DNA of 64,000 bases, from contig CAZWYM010000003.1 in assembly GCA_964638425.1 (NCBI GenBank), forward strand, positions 16,289 through 80,288, given 5' to 3'. The notes under the pieces were generated by a model that saw only the letters and a list, made by a program, of their open reading frames with translations, did no database searches and was not told the DNA's origin. A program made the position numbers and the translations under genes. Source of the stretch: an uncultured Candidatus Saccharibacteria bacterium. GTDB taxonomy: Bacteria; Patescibacteriota; Minisyncoccia; Phycocordibacterales; UBA918. Below are positions 1 through 10,279 of this stretch, one piece after another; position 1 is the stretch's first letter; every line of letters starts with the position of its first letter.

Positions 1-840
1 CGTGAAGGAAAGTATGTAACTACACGACAAATCCGTGAACGACTTGAAAAGGAACTTGAAGTAAACGTAGGACTCAAAGTTGATTTTGATAACGGAGATT
101 CATGTAAGGTATATGGTCGTGGTGAAATGCACATTTCAATTCTTCTAGAAAACATGCGCCGTGAAGGGTATGAACTTCAGGTGTCACAGCCACAAGCAAT
201 TATCGAGGAACGACCAGATGGAAAGTATGAGCCATATGAAGAAGTAACTGTAGACATTCCAAGTGAATTCCAAGGAGCAGTAATTGAACGTCTTGGACGA
301 CGAGCATTCATCATGACTGATATGATCACTCACGGAAACCAAGTTCGACTCCTTTTTGAGGGTCCAACTCGTGGACTTCTTGGCTACAAAGGTCAATTCA
401 TCATTGATACACGTGGAGAAGGTATTCTTTGTTCACGCGTACTTGGATTTAAGAACTACGCAGGTGAAATCAAGAAGCGACAGGCTGGCTCAATGGTATC
501 TATGGCAGCAGGAAAGGCACTTGGTTTCTCTCTTTGGAACCTACAAGACAGAGGTCAGCTATACATTGGCCCAGGTGTAGAGGTGTATGAGGGAATGGTA
601 ATTGGAAACACTTCGAAGGGTGAAGAAATGCTCGTTAACCCAACTAAGGGAAAACAGCTTTCAAACGTTCGTTCATCAGGAACAGACGAAGCCCTTACAC
701 TCACACCACACCGACCACTCTCAATTGAAATTGGACTCGAAATCATGGGAGAAGATGAATACCTCGAAGTAACTCCAGAATCTACACGACTCCGAAAGCA
801 AGTACTCAAGGAAACAGACAGAGCGAAGTCAAAACGGTAA
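1..840 (+). CDS. typA: Translational GTPase TypA/BipA, C-terminal part (5' truncated by window)
   Basis: Frame open from base 1 (REGKYVTTRQ); GRGEMHISILLENMRREGYE, VYEGMVIG, EVTPESTRLRK motifs. Confidence 0.97.
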   Translation, partial: REGKYVTTRQIRERLEKELEVNVGLKVDFDNGDSCKVYGRGEMHISILLENMRREGYELQVSQPQAIIEERPDGKYEPYEEVTVDIPSEFQGAVIERLGRRAFIMTDMITHGNQVRLLFEGPTRGLLGYKGQFIIDTRGEGILCSRVLGFKNYAGEIKKRQAGSMVSMAAGKALGFSLWNLQDRGQLYIGPGVEVYEGMVIGNTSKGEEMLVNPTKGKQLSNVRSSGTDEALTLTPHRPLSIEIGLEIMGEDEYLEVTPESTRLRKQVLKETDRAKSKR

Positions 841-877
841 CATTTTGCAACTAATTGAGAAGTGATATACTTGCGCA

Positions 878-1261
878 ATGAAATCATATTACGCCTATAT
901 ATTGCTTGTAGTGGTCATTATTGGTGGTCTCATACTTTTGAGAAATACATCGTCAACGGAGAGCGCAACCAAAACGTCTCCTTACGATGCTTTTGCTGAA
1001 TGTATATCAAACGCTGGTGCTACCTTCTATGGTGCATATTGGTGTCCTCACTGTCAGGCACAAAAGAAGCTATTCCAAAATTCAAAGAAACTGCCATACG
1101 TTGAGTGTTCTACTCCAAATGGCCAGGGACAAACACAGCAATGTATCGACGCAGAGATAACCGGTTATCCAACATGGGTATTCAAAGACGGAAGCCGAGA
1201 AGATGGTGAATTGAGCTTCGAAAAGCTTGCTGAGAAGACAAGTTGTCCAATGCCACAATAA
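878..1261 (+). CDS. Membrane-anchored thioredoxin-fold protein (VKOR-Trx-like), probable DsbB partner
   Basis: N-terminal TM; YGAYWCPHC, YVEC, ITGYPTW (cis-Pro loop). Confidence 0.85.
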   Translation: MKSYYAYILLVVVIIGGLILLRNTSSTESATKTSPYDAFAECISNAGATFYGAYWCPHCQAQKKLFQNSKKLPYVECSTPNGQGQTQQCIDAEITGYPTWVFKDGSREDGELSFEKLAEKTSCPMPQ

Positions 1262-1785
1262 TGATTGAAACGATTGAAAGTATAAACTGGGCACTTTCAT
1301 TCATGGGCATCACCTGTGCTCTTTTTGTGATATTTCTCATCTATGACATGTCACACGCCCAAAGACTCAAGTCACTGATAGCTCGATTTGGAATGCGTCT
1401 TGCGTTCATTAGTATTATTGCCTCATCAGCAATGACGCTTATATACTCTGAGATATTTGGAATCATTCCTTGTGGGCTTTGTTGGTTTGAGCGAGTGGCA
1501 CTCTATCCGCAAGCTCTTCTTTTTGGAATGGCAATGTATTACAAAGATACACGCATGCCTCGATATGGAATAGGACTTTCGATTGGAGGACTTATCGTTT
1601 CTTTGTATCACCACTACATCCAAATGGGTGGAAGTGAGTTCATTAAATGCCCCGCAGCAGGAGCTGATTGCGCAAAGCGTTTTCTCTTTGAATTTGGTTT
1701 TATGACGTTCCCACTCTTATCTGCAATTCTTTTTTCATTTTTAATTGTTCTGTACGTATATCTTTTGAAAACAGATCGGAACTAG
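1261..1785 (+). CDS. dsbB: Disulfide bond formation protein B
   Basis: PCGLCWFER motif, second Cys pair, TM helices; start taken at ATG 1261. Confidence 0.88.
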   Translation: MIETIESINWALSFMGITCALFVIFLIYDMSHAQRLKSLIARFGMRLAFISIIASSAMTLIYSEIFGIIPCGLCWFERVALYPQALLFGMAMYYKDTRMPRYGIGLSIGGLIVSLYHHYIQMGGSEFIKCPAAGADCAKRFLFEFGFMTFPLLSAILFSFLIVLYVYLLKTDRN

Positions 1786-2051
1786 CTTAGATCATCGGGT
1801 GAATTGAGTTTTTGAACTGGACTTACAACATTTGGGTTCCATTCGGCTTTGATTTCGCCGTGTGTCTTCTCGTACCTTGCAACTTCATGTGCAATATGCT
1901 GACTGAAACGCTTCACAAGCTCAGGGGTAAGTGCGTAGACAGTCGCCTGACTCCCTGAGGTAACGCCAACGACAAAGAATTCAGGGCTAAATGCGAGAGT
2001 GATGTTTTCACAAAAGAGTTTTGGTGCTTTTTGCAGATCTTCTGAATTCAT
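1782..2051 (-). CDS. Small conserved hypothetical protein (DUF3467-like)
   Basis: 89 aa; TPELVKRF...YEKTHGEI pattern. Confidence 0.55.
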   Translation of the reverse strand: MNSEDLQKAPKLFCENITLAFSPEFFVVGVTSGSQATVYALTPELVKRFSQHIAHEVARYEKTHGEIKAEWNPNVVSPVQKLNSPDDLS

Positions 2052-2216
2052 ATTGTATATAGTTACTATGTAATAGGTACTAGTATATCAGGGAATGTAT
2101 CCTTTGACTTTTTCAGGAAAAAGGGCAGTATTTAGTTATATCGCTCATCTCTATGTGAGGGTATTGTTGGTATTACAAATGTCTTTATTAGAAGATAGCT
2201 AAACACACATATCTCT

Positions 2217-3140
2217 ATGGAAAACACAGCAAAGAACTTCGCTCTGCAACTCGGTTCACTCGTTACGCTTTACGTTTCTATCGTTGCACTTACTATGCTC
2301 CTCTTCGGAATTATTACTGTTCGCTATCCAGATGTGACACAAGGTTACTACGAATACGAAAATGCATCATCAAGCATCCGTTTCGGAATTGCGTTGCTCA
2401 TCGTCTTTTTCCCTGCATACCTTGCACTCACTCGAATGGTAAATGTCGTACGAAGACGTGAACACGGAATCTATCTCGGACTCACGAAGTGGCTTATCTA
2501 CCTCTCACTCATTATTGGTGGAGCGACTATTCTCGGCGACCTCGTAGCAGTTGTGCTCGGATTCCTCAATGGAGAACTCACTATTCGATTTGGACTCAAA
2601 GCACTCTCACTCTTGCTCGTTGTTGGTTCAGGATTTTTCTACTATGTTCTCGACGCAAAAGGGTACTGGCAAGATAATGAGAAAAAATCTATTCAATACG
2701 CGGTAGTAGTTACGCTTGTAGTTATTGCTTCTCTCGCAACAGGCTTTAAGAATACAGAAACCCCAGCTCAAGTGCGTGAAATGAATACCGATGCTGCACA
2801 AATTCAGGATCTTGGTGTTATTCAATCGCAAATTGAGTCGTATTATGCAACTAAGTCATCCCTTCCAGCATCGCTCAGTGATGCATTTGGTACACTCACG
2901 CAGACCACTGCACCTGAAGGACGTTCTGCGTACACCTATGAAGTGGTGAGCGATACCTCATTTAAACTCTGTGCAGAATTTGCTTACGAATCAAGCAAGG
3001 CAGAACAAATGCAGTACTCACAGCCATTTGGCATTGATGGAGCATACATCAAGGATGGTTTTAACTGGACACACGGCAAGGGAGACTGGTGCTTCACCCG
3101 AGTACTCAACACAGAGATTACCAACATTCAAAAAATCTAA
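2217..3140 (+). CDS. Multi-pass membrane protein (DUF5671-like) with pilin-like C-terminal region
   Basis: 5 TM segments; YYATKSSLPASL...YTYE...FKLCAEF, terminal GDWCF. Confidence 0.65.
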   Translation: MENTAKNFALQLGSLVTLYVSIVALTMLLFGIITVRYPDVTQGYYEYENASSSIRFGIALLIVFFPAYLALTRMVNVVRRREHGIYLGLTKWLIYLSLIIGGATILGDLVAVVLGFLNGELTIRFGLKALSLLLVVGSGFFYYVLDAKGYWQDNEKKSIQYAVVVTLVVIASLATGFKNTETPAQVREMNTDAAQIQDLGVIQSQIESYYATKSSLPASLSDAFGTLTQTTAPEGRSAYTYEVVSDTSFKLCAEFAYESSKAEQMQYSQPFGIDGAYIKDGFNWTHGKGDWCFTRVLNTEITNIQKI

Positions 3141-3187
3141 AGACGCGAATACAGTAAGACGTACGATACGTATAGAGTTATATTGTC

Positions 3188-5626
3188 ATGCATAAGAAAT
3201 TCAACCACACAGAAATTGAAAAAAAATGGCAAGAGCTGTGGAAAGAAAGTGGTATTTACAATGTCGGTAACCGAGACACACAAAAGGAAAAGGAGTTTGT
3301 CCTTGTTGAATGGCCGTATCCCTCTGGGAACCTTCATGTCGGGCACTGGTTTGCTTTTGGGGTAGTCGACATGTACGTTCGTGCACGTCGAATGCAAGGG
3401 AAGCAGGTACTCTTTCCTATTGGTTTTGATGCATTTGGACTTCCTGCTGAAAATGCAGCAATGAAACATGGTCTCGACCCAAAATCATGGACAGAAAAGA
3501 ACATTTCCTACATGAAGACCCAGCTCGAAAGCATGGGAAATGCATTTTCGTGGGATAAGACAACAAGCTCTACTGATCCAGAATATTATGCATGGACTCA
3601 GTGGATGTTTACAGAGTTTTTTAAGAACGATATCGCGTATCGAGGTGTTGGTGTTGTTAATTGGTGCCCTGGATGTAATACCGTAATAGCCAACGAGCAA
3701 GTTCTATCAGACGGAACCTGTGAACGTTCAGGTGATGCTATTGAAAAGAAGCAGATGCCACAGTGGATGCTTCGCATTACCAAATACGCAGACCGACTTA
3801 TCGATGACCTTGAAGGACTTGATTGGCATGAGCACATCAAAGAAGCACAACGTCAGTGGATTGGTCGTTCAAGCGGAGCGCAACTCTCATTCTCACTGTC
3901 GAATGGAGATGCTATTGATGTCTTTACCACACGCCCCGACACGCTCTATGGAGTAACATATCTCGTTCTAGCACCAGAACACCCGAGTATTGCAGAAATG
4001 CTTATTCATGAGAACTCACCATTAACCAATGGCGCTGAGGTACAGGAATATATAAAAATTGCAAGGGAAAAGTCGGATATCGAAAGAACTAACGCAACCA
4101 AGGAAAAAACCGGAGTGAAACTCGAGGGAATACACGCAATTAACGGAGCAACCAATGAAGAAATACCTGTATATATAGCAGATTATGTTCTCGCTGGTTA
4201 CGGTACTGGAGCTATCATGGCTGTACCCGCTCATGATGAGCGTGATTTTGCCTTTGCAAAGAAGTACGGTATTGAAATAAGAAGTGTCATTAACCAGAGC
4301 TTCGGAAGTACTGGAGTCTACGAAGACTTTGAGAATGTTTTGCCATATTCAAAGCAAGAAGGTGTACTTGAGAATTCAGGTGAGTTCAATGGAATGAGTA
4401 TTTCTGAAGCAGGGATTGCTATCACGCAAAAGGTGGGCGGAAAGATGACAAATACCTATCGTCTCCGAGATTGGTCAATCGGGAGGCAGAGATACTGGGG
4501 TGTGCCAATACCAATCGTGTATGACCCGGAAGGAAACGCGCATCCTATTCCAAAGGAACATCTCCCGTGGCACCTTCCAACAGATGTTGATTTCAAGCCA
4601 ACAGGCACTCCGCCACTCGCAAAGAGCCACGAGCTCAAGGATAGGGTAGAGGCTATCTTTGGTAAGGGATGGACTCCAGAAGTTGAAACGATGGATACGT
4701 TTGTTGATTCATCATGGTATTTTTTGCGTTACATAGATGGAGTAAACACGAAGTCATTCTCATCGAGAGAAGCACAAGACGCATGGATGCCGATTGATAT
4801 ATATTTTGGAGGATCCGAACACACCACAATGCACCTTCTCTACTCACGATTCTGGCAAAAGGCTCTTTTTGACCTTGGACTTGTTTCTGTTTCTGAACCA
4901 TACAAGAAGCGAGTGAATAGAGCGCTTGTGCTTGGAACAGATGGAAACAAAATGAGTAAATCAAAGGGAAACGTTATAGACCCTGATGAACAAGTGCGTC
5001 ACCTTGGCGCAGACACTGTAAGAATGTACCTTGCGTTTATGGGTCCCTATGACGAAGCAACGAGTTACCCGTGGGATATAGGAGGTATTGCGGGAATTAG
5101 GAGGTTCCTCGAACGTGTGTACGGGCTCGGTGAGCATATTCGTGATACTGAATCAGAAGAAACAGCAAGACTTCTCCATAAGACCATTGCAAAAGTCACT
5201 AAAGATATTTCTTCGTACAAGTTTAATACTTCCATTAGTGCTCTCATGATATTTATTAATCATGCAGAAAAGGAAGGACTTACCAAGGATAGCTATGAAA
5301 CGTTCCTTAAACTCCTTGCGCCATTTGCGCCACACCTTACTGAAGAACTCTGGCAAGCAGGGAAGATGAGTGGTGTGTCTATTCACACATCACCATGGCC
5401 AGAAGCTTCAGCTGAACTCATGAATGAGGATTCTGTTAAAATCGGAGTTCAAATTGATGGGAAGATGCGCGGCACGGTTACCGTTCCTTTTGACGCTCCT
5501 GAAGACGTTGTAGTCGAAATGGTGAAGGGAGATGCAGTGCTTGGAAGCAAGCTCCCTACTGAGGATTTTCGCGTCATTTTTATCAAAAATAAGATCATCA
5601 ACTTCGCCAGAACAGCAAAGGGGTAG
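3188..5626 (+). CDS. leuS: Leucine--tRNA ligase
   Basis: PYPSGNLHVGH, FTTRPDT, GTGAIMAVPAHDERD, KMSKS. Confidence 0.98.
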   Translation: MHKKFNHTEIEKKWQELWKESGIYNVGNRDTQKEKEFVLVEWPYPSGNLHVGHWFAFGVVDMYVRARRMQGKQVLFPIGFDAFGLPAENAAMKHGLDPKSWTEKNISYMKTQLESMGNAFSWDKTTSSTDPEYYAWTQWMFTEFFKNDIAYRGVGVVNWCPGCNTVIANEQVLSDGTCERSGDAIEKKQMPQWMLRITKYADRLIDDLEGLDWHEHIKEAQRQWIGRSSGAQLSFSLSNGDAIDVFTTRPDTLYGVTYLVLAPEHPSIAEMLIHENSPLTNGAEVQEYIKIAREKSDIERTNATKEKTGVKLEGIHAINGATNEEIPVYIADYVLAGYGTGAIMAVPAHDERDFAFAKKYGIEIRSVINQSFGSTGVYEDFENVLPYSKQEGVLENSGEFNGMSISEAGIAITQKVGGKMTNTYRLRDWSIGRQRYWGVPIPIVYDPEGNAHPIPKEHLPWHLPTDVDFKPTGTPPLAKSHELKDRVEAIFGKGWTPEVETMDTFVDSSWYFLRYIDGVNTKSFSSREAQDAWMPIDIYFGGSEHTTMHLLYSRFWQKALFDLGLVSVSEPYKKRVNRALVLGTDGNKMSKSKGNVIDPDEQVRHLGADTVRMYLAFMGPYDEATSYPWDIGGIAGIRRFLERVYGLGEHIRDTESEETARLLHKTIAKVTKDISSYKFNTSISALMIFINHAEKEGLTKDSYETFLKLLAPFAPHLTEELWQAGKMSGVSIHTSPWPEASAELMNEDSVKIGVQIDGKMRGTVTVPFDAPEDVVVEMVKGDAVLGSKLPTEDFRVIFIKNKIINFARTAKG

Positions 5627-5698
5627 GGTACTTGACTCGGGTGTATTATCGTGATAAAAATAAGACCACACATTTTTGAGGAGACAAACCAACATAAT

Positions 5699-6724
5699 AT
5701 GATTACATTTAAACCAAAGCAAGTAACAAAAAAGCTACTTTCTGTGCTTCCTGATAGAGCTCGGGACGTTCTCACAAAGCGGTATGGACTCGACGCAACC
5801 GCTGAGACATCTACCCTTGAATCTATTGGTCAAACATACGGGATTACCCGTGAGCGTGTCCGTCAGATTGAAAACTACGGTATTCAGTCTGTTCAGAAGT
5901 CTGAGGCATACAAGGAGTTTCAAGACGTCTTTGATGAACTTCAAACGGCACTCGATGCGCTTGGTGGTGTGCTCAATGAACATGATCTCCTCGATGAACT
6001 TGCAAAGGATTCTTCACTCCGAAATCATATTTACTTCCTCCTCGTAATCGGTGACCCATTCAAGCGAGTGAAGGAAGATAACTCATTCTCACATCGTTGG
6101 TACATCGAAAAGAAGATTTCTGATAACGTAGAAAAAGCACTCAAAAATATATTTGAATCATTACAAGAAGATGACCTCGTTTCTGAAGATGAGATTCTCG
6201 CACGTTTAAAAAGTGAACTCGGCGAACTCGAAGAGCGATACCGTGATGAAAAAATCCTAAAACGATGGCTCTCAATTTCAAAGCAAATTGATAAAAACCC
6301 ACTCGGGGAATGGGGTCATGCTCAAAGTCCAAATGTACGTGCAAAGGGAATTCGAGATTACGCATACCTCGCAGTAAAGCGACATGGTTCACCGATGCAC
6401 TTCAAGGAAGTAGCAGAGGCTATCAAGTCACTCTTCGGAAAGAAAGCGCACATTGCAACTACTCATAACGAGCTCATTAAGGATCGACGATTTGTACTCG
6501 TTGGACGAGGACTCTACGCGCTATCTGAATGGGGATACTCAGCAGGAGTAGTGAAGGATGTGCTCCGCGATATTCTTACAACACACGGTCCACTAACGCG
6601 AGACGAAATCATCGACAAGGTGCGCAAAGAACGATACGTAAAGGACAACACTATCATCGTAAACCTACAAGACACCGTACTTTTCAAAAGACTTCCAGAT
6701 GGAAACTACATGCTCGTAGAATAA
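5699..6724 (+). CDS. Sigma-70 region 4 HTH fused to winged-helix (HARE-HTH-like) domains
   Basis: TLESIGQTYGITRERVRQIE; HNELIKDRRFVLVGRGLYALSEWGY; start ATG 5699 or GTG 5651. Confidence 0.75.
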   Translation: MITFKPKQVTKKLLSVLPDRARDVLTKRYGLDATAETSTLESIGQTYGITRERVRQIENYGIQSVQKSEAYKEFQDVFDELQTALDALGGVLNEHDLLDELAKDSSLRNHIYFLLVIGDPFKRVKEDNSFSHRWYIEKKISDNVEKALKNIFESLQEDDLVSEDEILARLKSELGELEERYRDEKILKRWLSISKQIDKNPLGEWGHAQSPNVRAKGIRDYAYLAVKRHGSPMHFKEVAEAIKSLFGKKAHIATTHNELIKDRRFVLVGRGLYALSEWGYSAGVVKDVLRDILTTHGPLTRDEIIDKVRKERYVKDNTIIVNLQDTVLFKRLPDGNYMLVE

Positions 6725-6744
6725 TTCCAACATTTAGTTTTATA

Positions 6745-6780
6745 TAACAAAAGCCTCAACATTTGTTGAGGCTTTTGTTA
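6745..6780 (+). terminator. Intrinsic terminator (bidirectional type)
   Basis: Inverted repeat TAACAAAAGCCTCAACA-TT-TGTTGAGGCTTTTGTTA. Confidence 0.85.
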
Positions 6781-6829
6781 TTCATCACTCGAATAAAACC
6801 TAATCCAAATATGTTGTACAATATGAGGC

Positions 6830-8173
6830 ATGATTGGCTTACTAGAAGCACCCGTAGGATTCCTCGAAAAATTCGGAGCAAATGTAACCTGGCTACTTGT
6901 TGTCATTGGGCTGGGCATGGCATGGTTTGCTTTTTCACTTTTTGATTTTGAGTCAAACAAGATGTTTGGCTACATGGCAGCGACCGCACCACTTTGGTTG
7001 CCATTTCTCACGTTCTTTTTGTTTTTTAATGCGTGGATACATTATGTGCATAAGGACTACGACATTAAGCAGGGGAGAGTGACTCTCGAAATAAAGCTCC
7101 CACAAGATGTTTTTAAATCTCCTGAAGCTATGGAGCTTGTTCTCATTCAACTCCACCAAACAGCTTCACCAGACAACCATATCCAAACATACGTCGATGG
7201 AAAGAAACCTCCTACTTACGGGCTTGAACTCGTATCGAGAGGTGGAGATGTACGTTTCTATATGAATGTACCTCGAAAGAAATTTAAGAATATAGCTGAA
7301 ACACAGCTCTACGCTCAATACCCAGGAATTGAGGTAGTTGAACTCGATACTGATTACACCGCTGAAATCCCCTGGAACCCCGATAAGTTTTCATATTTCT
7401 CAATTCACTTTGGTCCTAAGAAAGCTGACGCATACCCAATAAAGACCTACCTTGATTACAACCTTCAAACCATGCCCAAGGAAGAGGAGAAGATTGATCC
7501 TATTTCAGGCATGCTCGAAATGCTCGGAAGTATTGGCCCAGACGAACACATGTGGGTTCAAATACTCATTAATGCACACCGTGAGGTTACCTTTAAGGAG
7601 GGGTCACTCACATTCCAGCATGACTGGAAGGATGCAGCGCGTGATGAAATAAAGAAGATTATCGCAGACGCAAACAAGCGTATTGGCATCGATGGTACAA
7701 AAGAAGGCCAGTCACTGAGCATGATGAGTCTTAGTGATGGTGAAAAAGATGCGATTAAGTCTATTGAACGAAGTCTGGGTAAAAATGCTTTTAATACAGC
7801 CATTCGCGGTATGTACATAGCGAAAAATGAAATGTTCATGCCTGGAGAGCGCATTGGTGCACTCGTTACTGGATGGCGCGGATTCGATGACCTAAACAGA
7901 AATTCAATCGGCGTACGTTGGCGAACGGACTTTAACTGGAACTGGTGGCAAGACCCGAGCGGAAAGCTCAAAAATCTGATGAAGCAACAAGAGCTTTACG
8001 AATATAAGATACGCGATTATACAGTGTATAGTGGCGCAGACGTATGGAAGGTTATGACTACAGAAGAACTCGCGACCATGTTCCATCTCCCAGGAAAGGT
8101 TGCAACAACTCCGTCACTCAATAGAATCCCATCAAAGCGAGCAGAACCGCCGGCAAACCTACCGACAAGCTAG
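6830..8173 (+). CDS. Conserved membrane-anchored hypothetical protein
   Basis: N-terminal TMs; LEIKLP..KSPEAME, YAQYP, YPIKTY, EELATMFHLP, AEPPANLP. Confidence 0.7.
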   Translation: MIGLLEAPVGFLEKFGANVTWLLVVIGLGMAWFAFSLFDFESNKMFGYMAATAPLWLPFLTFFLFFNAWIHYVHKDYDIKQGRVTLEIKLPQDVFKSPEAMELVLIQLHQTASPDNHIQTYVDGKKPPTYGLELVSRGGDVRFYMNVPRKKFKNIAETQLYAQYPGIEVVELDTDYTAEIPWNPDKFSYFSIHFGPKKADAYPIKTYLDYNLQTMPKEEEKIDPISGMLEMLGSIGPDEHMWVQILINAHREVTFKEGSLTFQHDWKDAARDEIKKIIADANKRIGIDGTKEGQSLSMMSLSDGEKDAIKSIERSLGKNAFNTAIRGMYIAKNEMFMPGERIGALVTGWRGFDDLNRNSIGVRWRTDFNWNWWQDPSGKLKNLMKQQELYEYKIRDYTVYSGADVWKVMTTEELATMFHLPGKVATTPSLNRIPSKRAEPPANLPTS

Positions 8174-8177
8174 ACTT

Positions 8178-9164
8178 ATGCCAGTCAATGAGACAACCCA
8201 ACAAAACGAGCACACCGGAAAGGCACTATTTTATACGTGTGCTTTATTTGTAATTACAATTCTGATACTCCTTGCCTCAAAATACTTTCTCACATTCCTG
8301 AATACACCGACTAATAATTTTCCAATAGAGCAAAGTATCACTATCGAGGAAGGTCTTACTCAAAGCGAAATTACCGCACTCCTCGAAGAAAGTAATGTAA
8401 TTCGCTCATCACAGTATCTGTATGTTGTTCTTCTCACCCAGTTCGAAAACTCATTTGTTCAAGCAGGTACATACCGATTTGAAAGTCCACTGACCACAGA
8501 AGAAATTGCCGGAGCAATAACCTCAGGTACACATCAATCTCCACTCACAAAAATCACTCTTCCAGAAGGTTTTCAGATAAAAGATATACATCAGTATCTT
8601 CCAGAGCGATTTGCTACCACCTCATTTGCTGGCGTCGAAAAGTACGAAGGATACCTTTTCCCTGATACCTATCATATTAAAGAGACAATGAGCCCAGATG
8701 AAATTATTTCACTCTTGCGTGAAACATTTGATGAGAAAACTGCTCAGTACAAAGACGAGATTGAAACATCAGGATTTGAGCTCGATGAGGTGATTATCCT
8801 TGCTTCAATCTTGGAACGTGAAGCAAAGGATGTTGAATCAAAGCGGATAGTCTCAGGTATTCTCCAAAATAGACTTCGCATTGGGATGCCACTCCAAGTC
8901 GATGCAGCATTTGATTATGTTTTAGATAAACCAAGCTCGGAATTGACTGAGTCAGACCTTCTCATAGACTCACCCTATAACACATACACGCACAGAGGAT
9001 TACCCCCAACACCGATAGCGAACCCAGGCATAGAGTCTATAGAAGCAGTTCTCAATCCAACAGCAACCAAGAATTTGTACTACCTCACGGGTGACGATGG
9101 TACGTTCCATTACGCAAAATCATTCGACGAACACAAACTCAATAAGCAAAAATATATTCAATAG
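8178..9164 (+). CDS. mltG: Endolytic transglycosylase MltG
   Basis: TLPEG, EGYLFPDTY, LASILEREA, SPYNTY..GLPPTPIANPG. Confidence 0.95.
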   Translation: MPVNETTQQNEHTGKALFYTCALFVITILILLASKYFLTFLNTPTNNFPIEQSITIEEGLTQSEITALLEESNVIRSSQYLYVVLLTQFENSFVQAGTYRFESPLTTEEIAGAITSGTHQSPLTKITLPEGFQIKDIHQYLPERFATTSFAGVEKYEGYLFPDTYHIKETMSPDEIISLLRETFDEKTAQYKDEIETSGFELDEVIILASILEREAKDVESKRIVSGILQNRLRIGMPLQVDAAFDYVLDKPSSELTESDLLIDSPYNTYTHRGLPPTPIANPGIESIEAVLNPTATKNLYYLTGDDGTFHYAKSFDEHKLNKQKYIQ

Positions 9165-9196
9165 TATTTTAATAGCGAATATGATACGTTTGCACA

Positions 9197-10279
9197 ATGC
9201 AGAGTGAACTAAAACCTAAAAAAGAGACTGTGTGCGTAGGGCTTTCCGGAGGAGTTGATTCGAGTGTTTCTGCACAACGGCTCATAGACCAAGGATACAA
9301 CGTTATCGGTGTATTTATTAAGACATGGCACCCCGATTTCCTTATTTGTGACTGGGAAGCAGAGCGTCTTGATGCGATGCGTGTTGCAGCTAAACTCGGC
9401 ATACCATTTTATACGTGTGATGCTACGGACGCATACAAAAATGAAGTAGCAGACTACATGATTGAGGAGTACAAAAACGGGAGAACCCCTAACCCTGATG
9501 TTATGTGTAACCGTTTTGTGAAGTTCGGGGCATTCCTGAAGTTTGCACGAGAATTAGGGGCTGATAAAGTGGCAACGGGGCACTATGCTCAAGTTCATAA
9601 CGTAGAGGGCATATTTCGTCTTGAGCGAGGTACTGATTCGGCGAAAGACCAATCATATTTTTTGTGGACGCTTACTCAGGAGCAACTTGCACAAATATAC
9701 CTCCCCGTAGGCGACACAACGAAACAAGATATACGAACTGAAGCAAAATCGGGAGAACTTCCCACATTTGCTAAACATGATAGTCAGGGTATCTGTTTTT
9801 TGGGTCAGATTGATATCAAGGAGTTCCTGTCACATTACATCACCGTAGCAACGGGTGATGTCCTCAATGTAAATGGAGAGATTGTCGGTACACATGATGG
9901 AGCACTTTTCTATACCATAGGACAACGACACGGCTTTTTACTTAAAGCTGTCGGAACCGAAAGTGCTCCACAATATGTCGTTGCTAAGGATATTGAGAAA
10001 AATACCATTACTGTTTCTCCTCACCAAAAAGTACTCGGCAAAGCCGTGATAATTTTGTCGCAGGTTAATCTCATTGAAGGAACATTGCCAGCTACCTGCG
10101 AAGCGCAATTTAGATACCGGCAAAAGCCATTCACGGTTAACTGCAGTCAAGACAGGGAAGGGCGTGTTATGCTACACGTATTAGAAGAATCAACAGAATC
10201 ACCCTCATGCGGGCAATCATGCGTTCTCTATAATGGGAAAATATGTTTGGGAGGTGGGATTATAAATGACATTGTATGA
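9197..10279 (+). CDS. mnmA: tRNA 2-thiouridylase MnmA
   Basis: SGGVDSS, TPNPDVMCN, ATGHY, KDQSYFL, DSQGICF. Confidence 0.97.
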   Translation: MQSELKPKKETVCVGLSGGVDSSVSAQRLIDQGYNVIGVFIKTWHPDFLICDWEAERLDAMRVAAKLGIPFYTCDATDAYKNEVADYMIEEYKNGRTPNPDVMCNRFVKFGAFLKFARELGADKVATGHYAQVHNVEGIFRLERGTDSAKDQSYFLWTLTQEQLAQIYLPVGDTTKQDIRTEAKSGELPTFAKHDSQGICFLGQIDIKEFLSHYITVATGDVLNVNGEIVGTHDGALFYTIGQRHGFLLKAVGTESAPQYVVAKDIEKNTITVSPHQKVLGKAVIILSQVNLIEGTLPATCEAQFRYRQKPFTVNCSQDREGRVMLHVLEESTESPSCGQSCVLYNGKICLGGGIINDIV

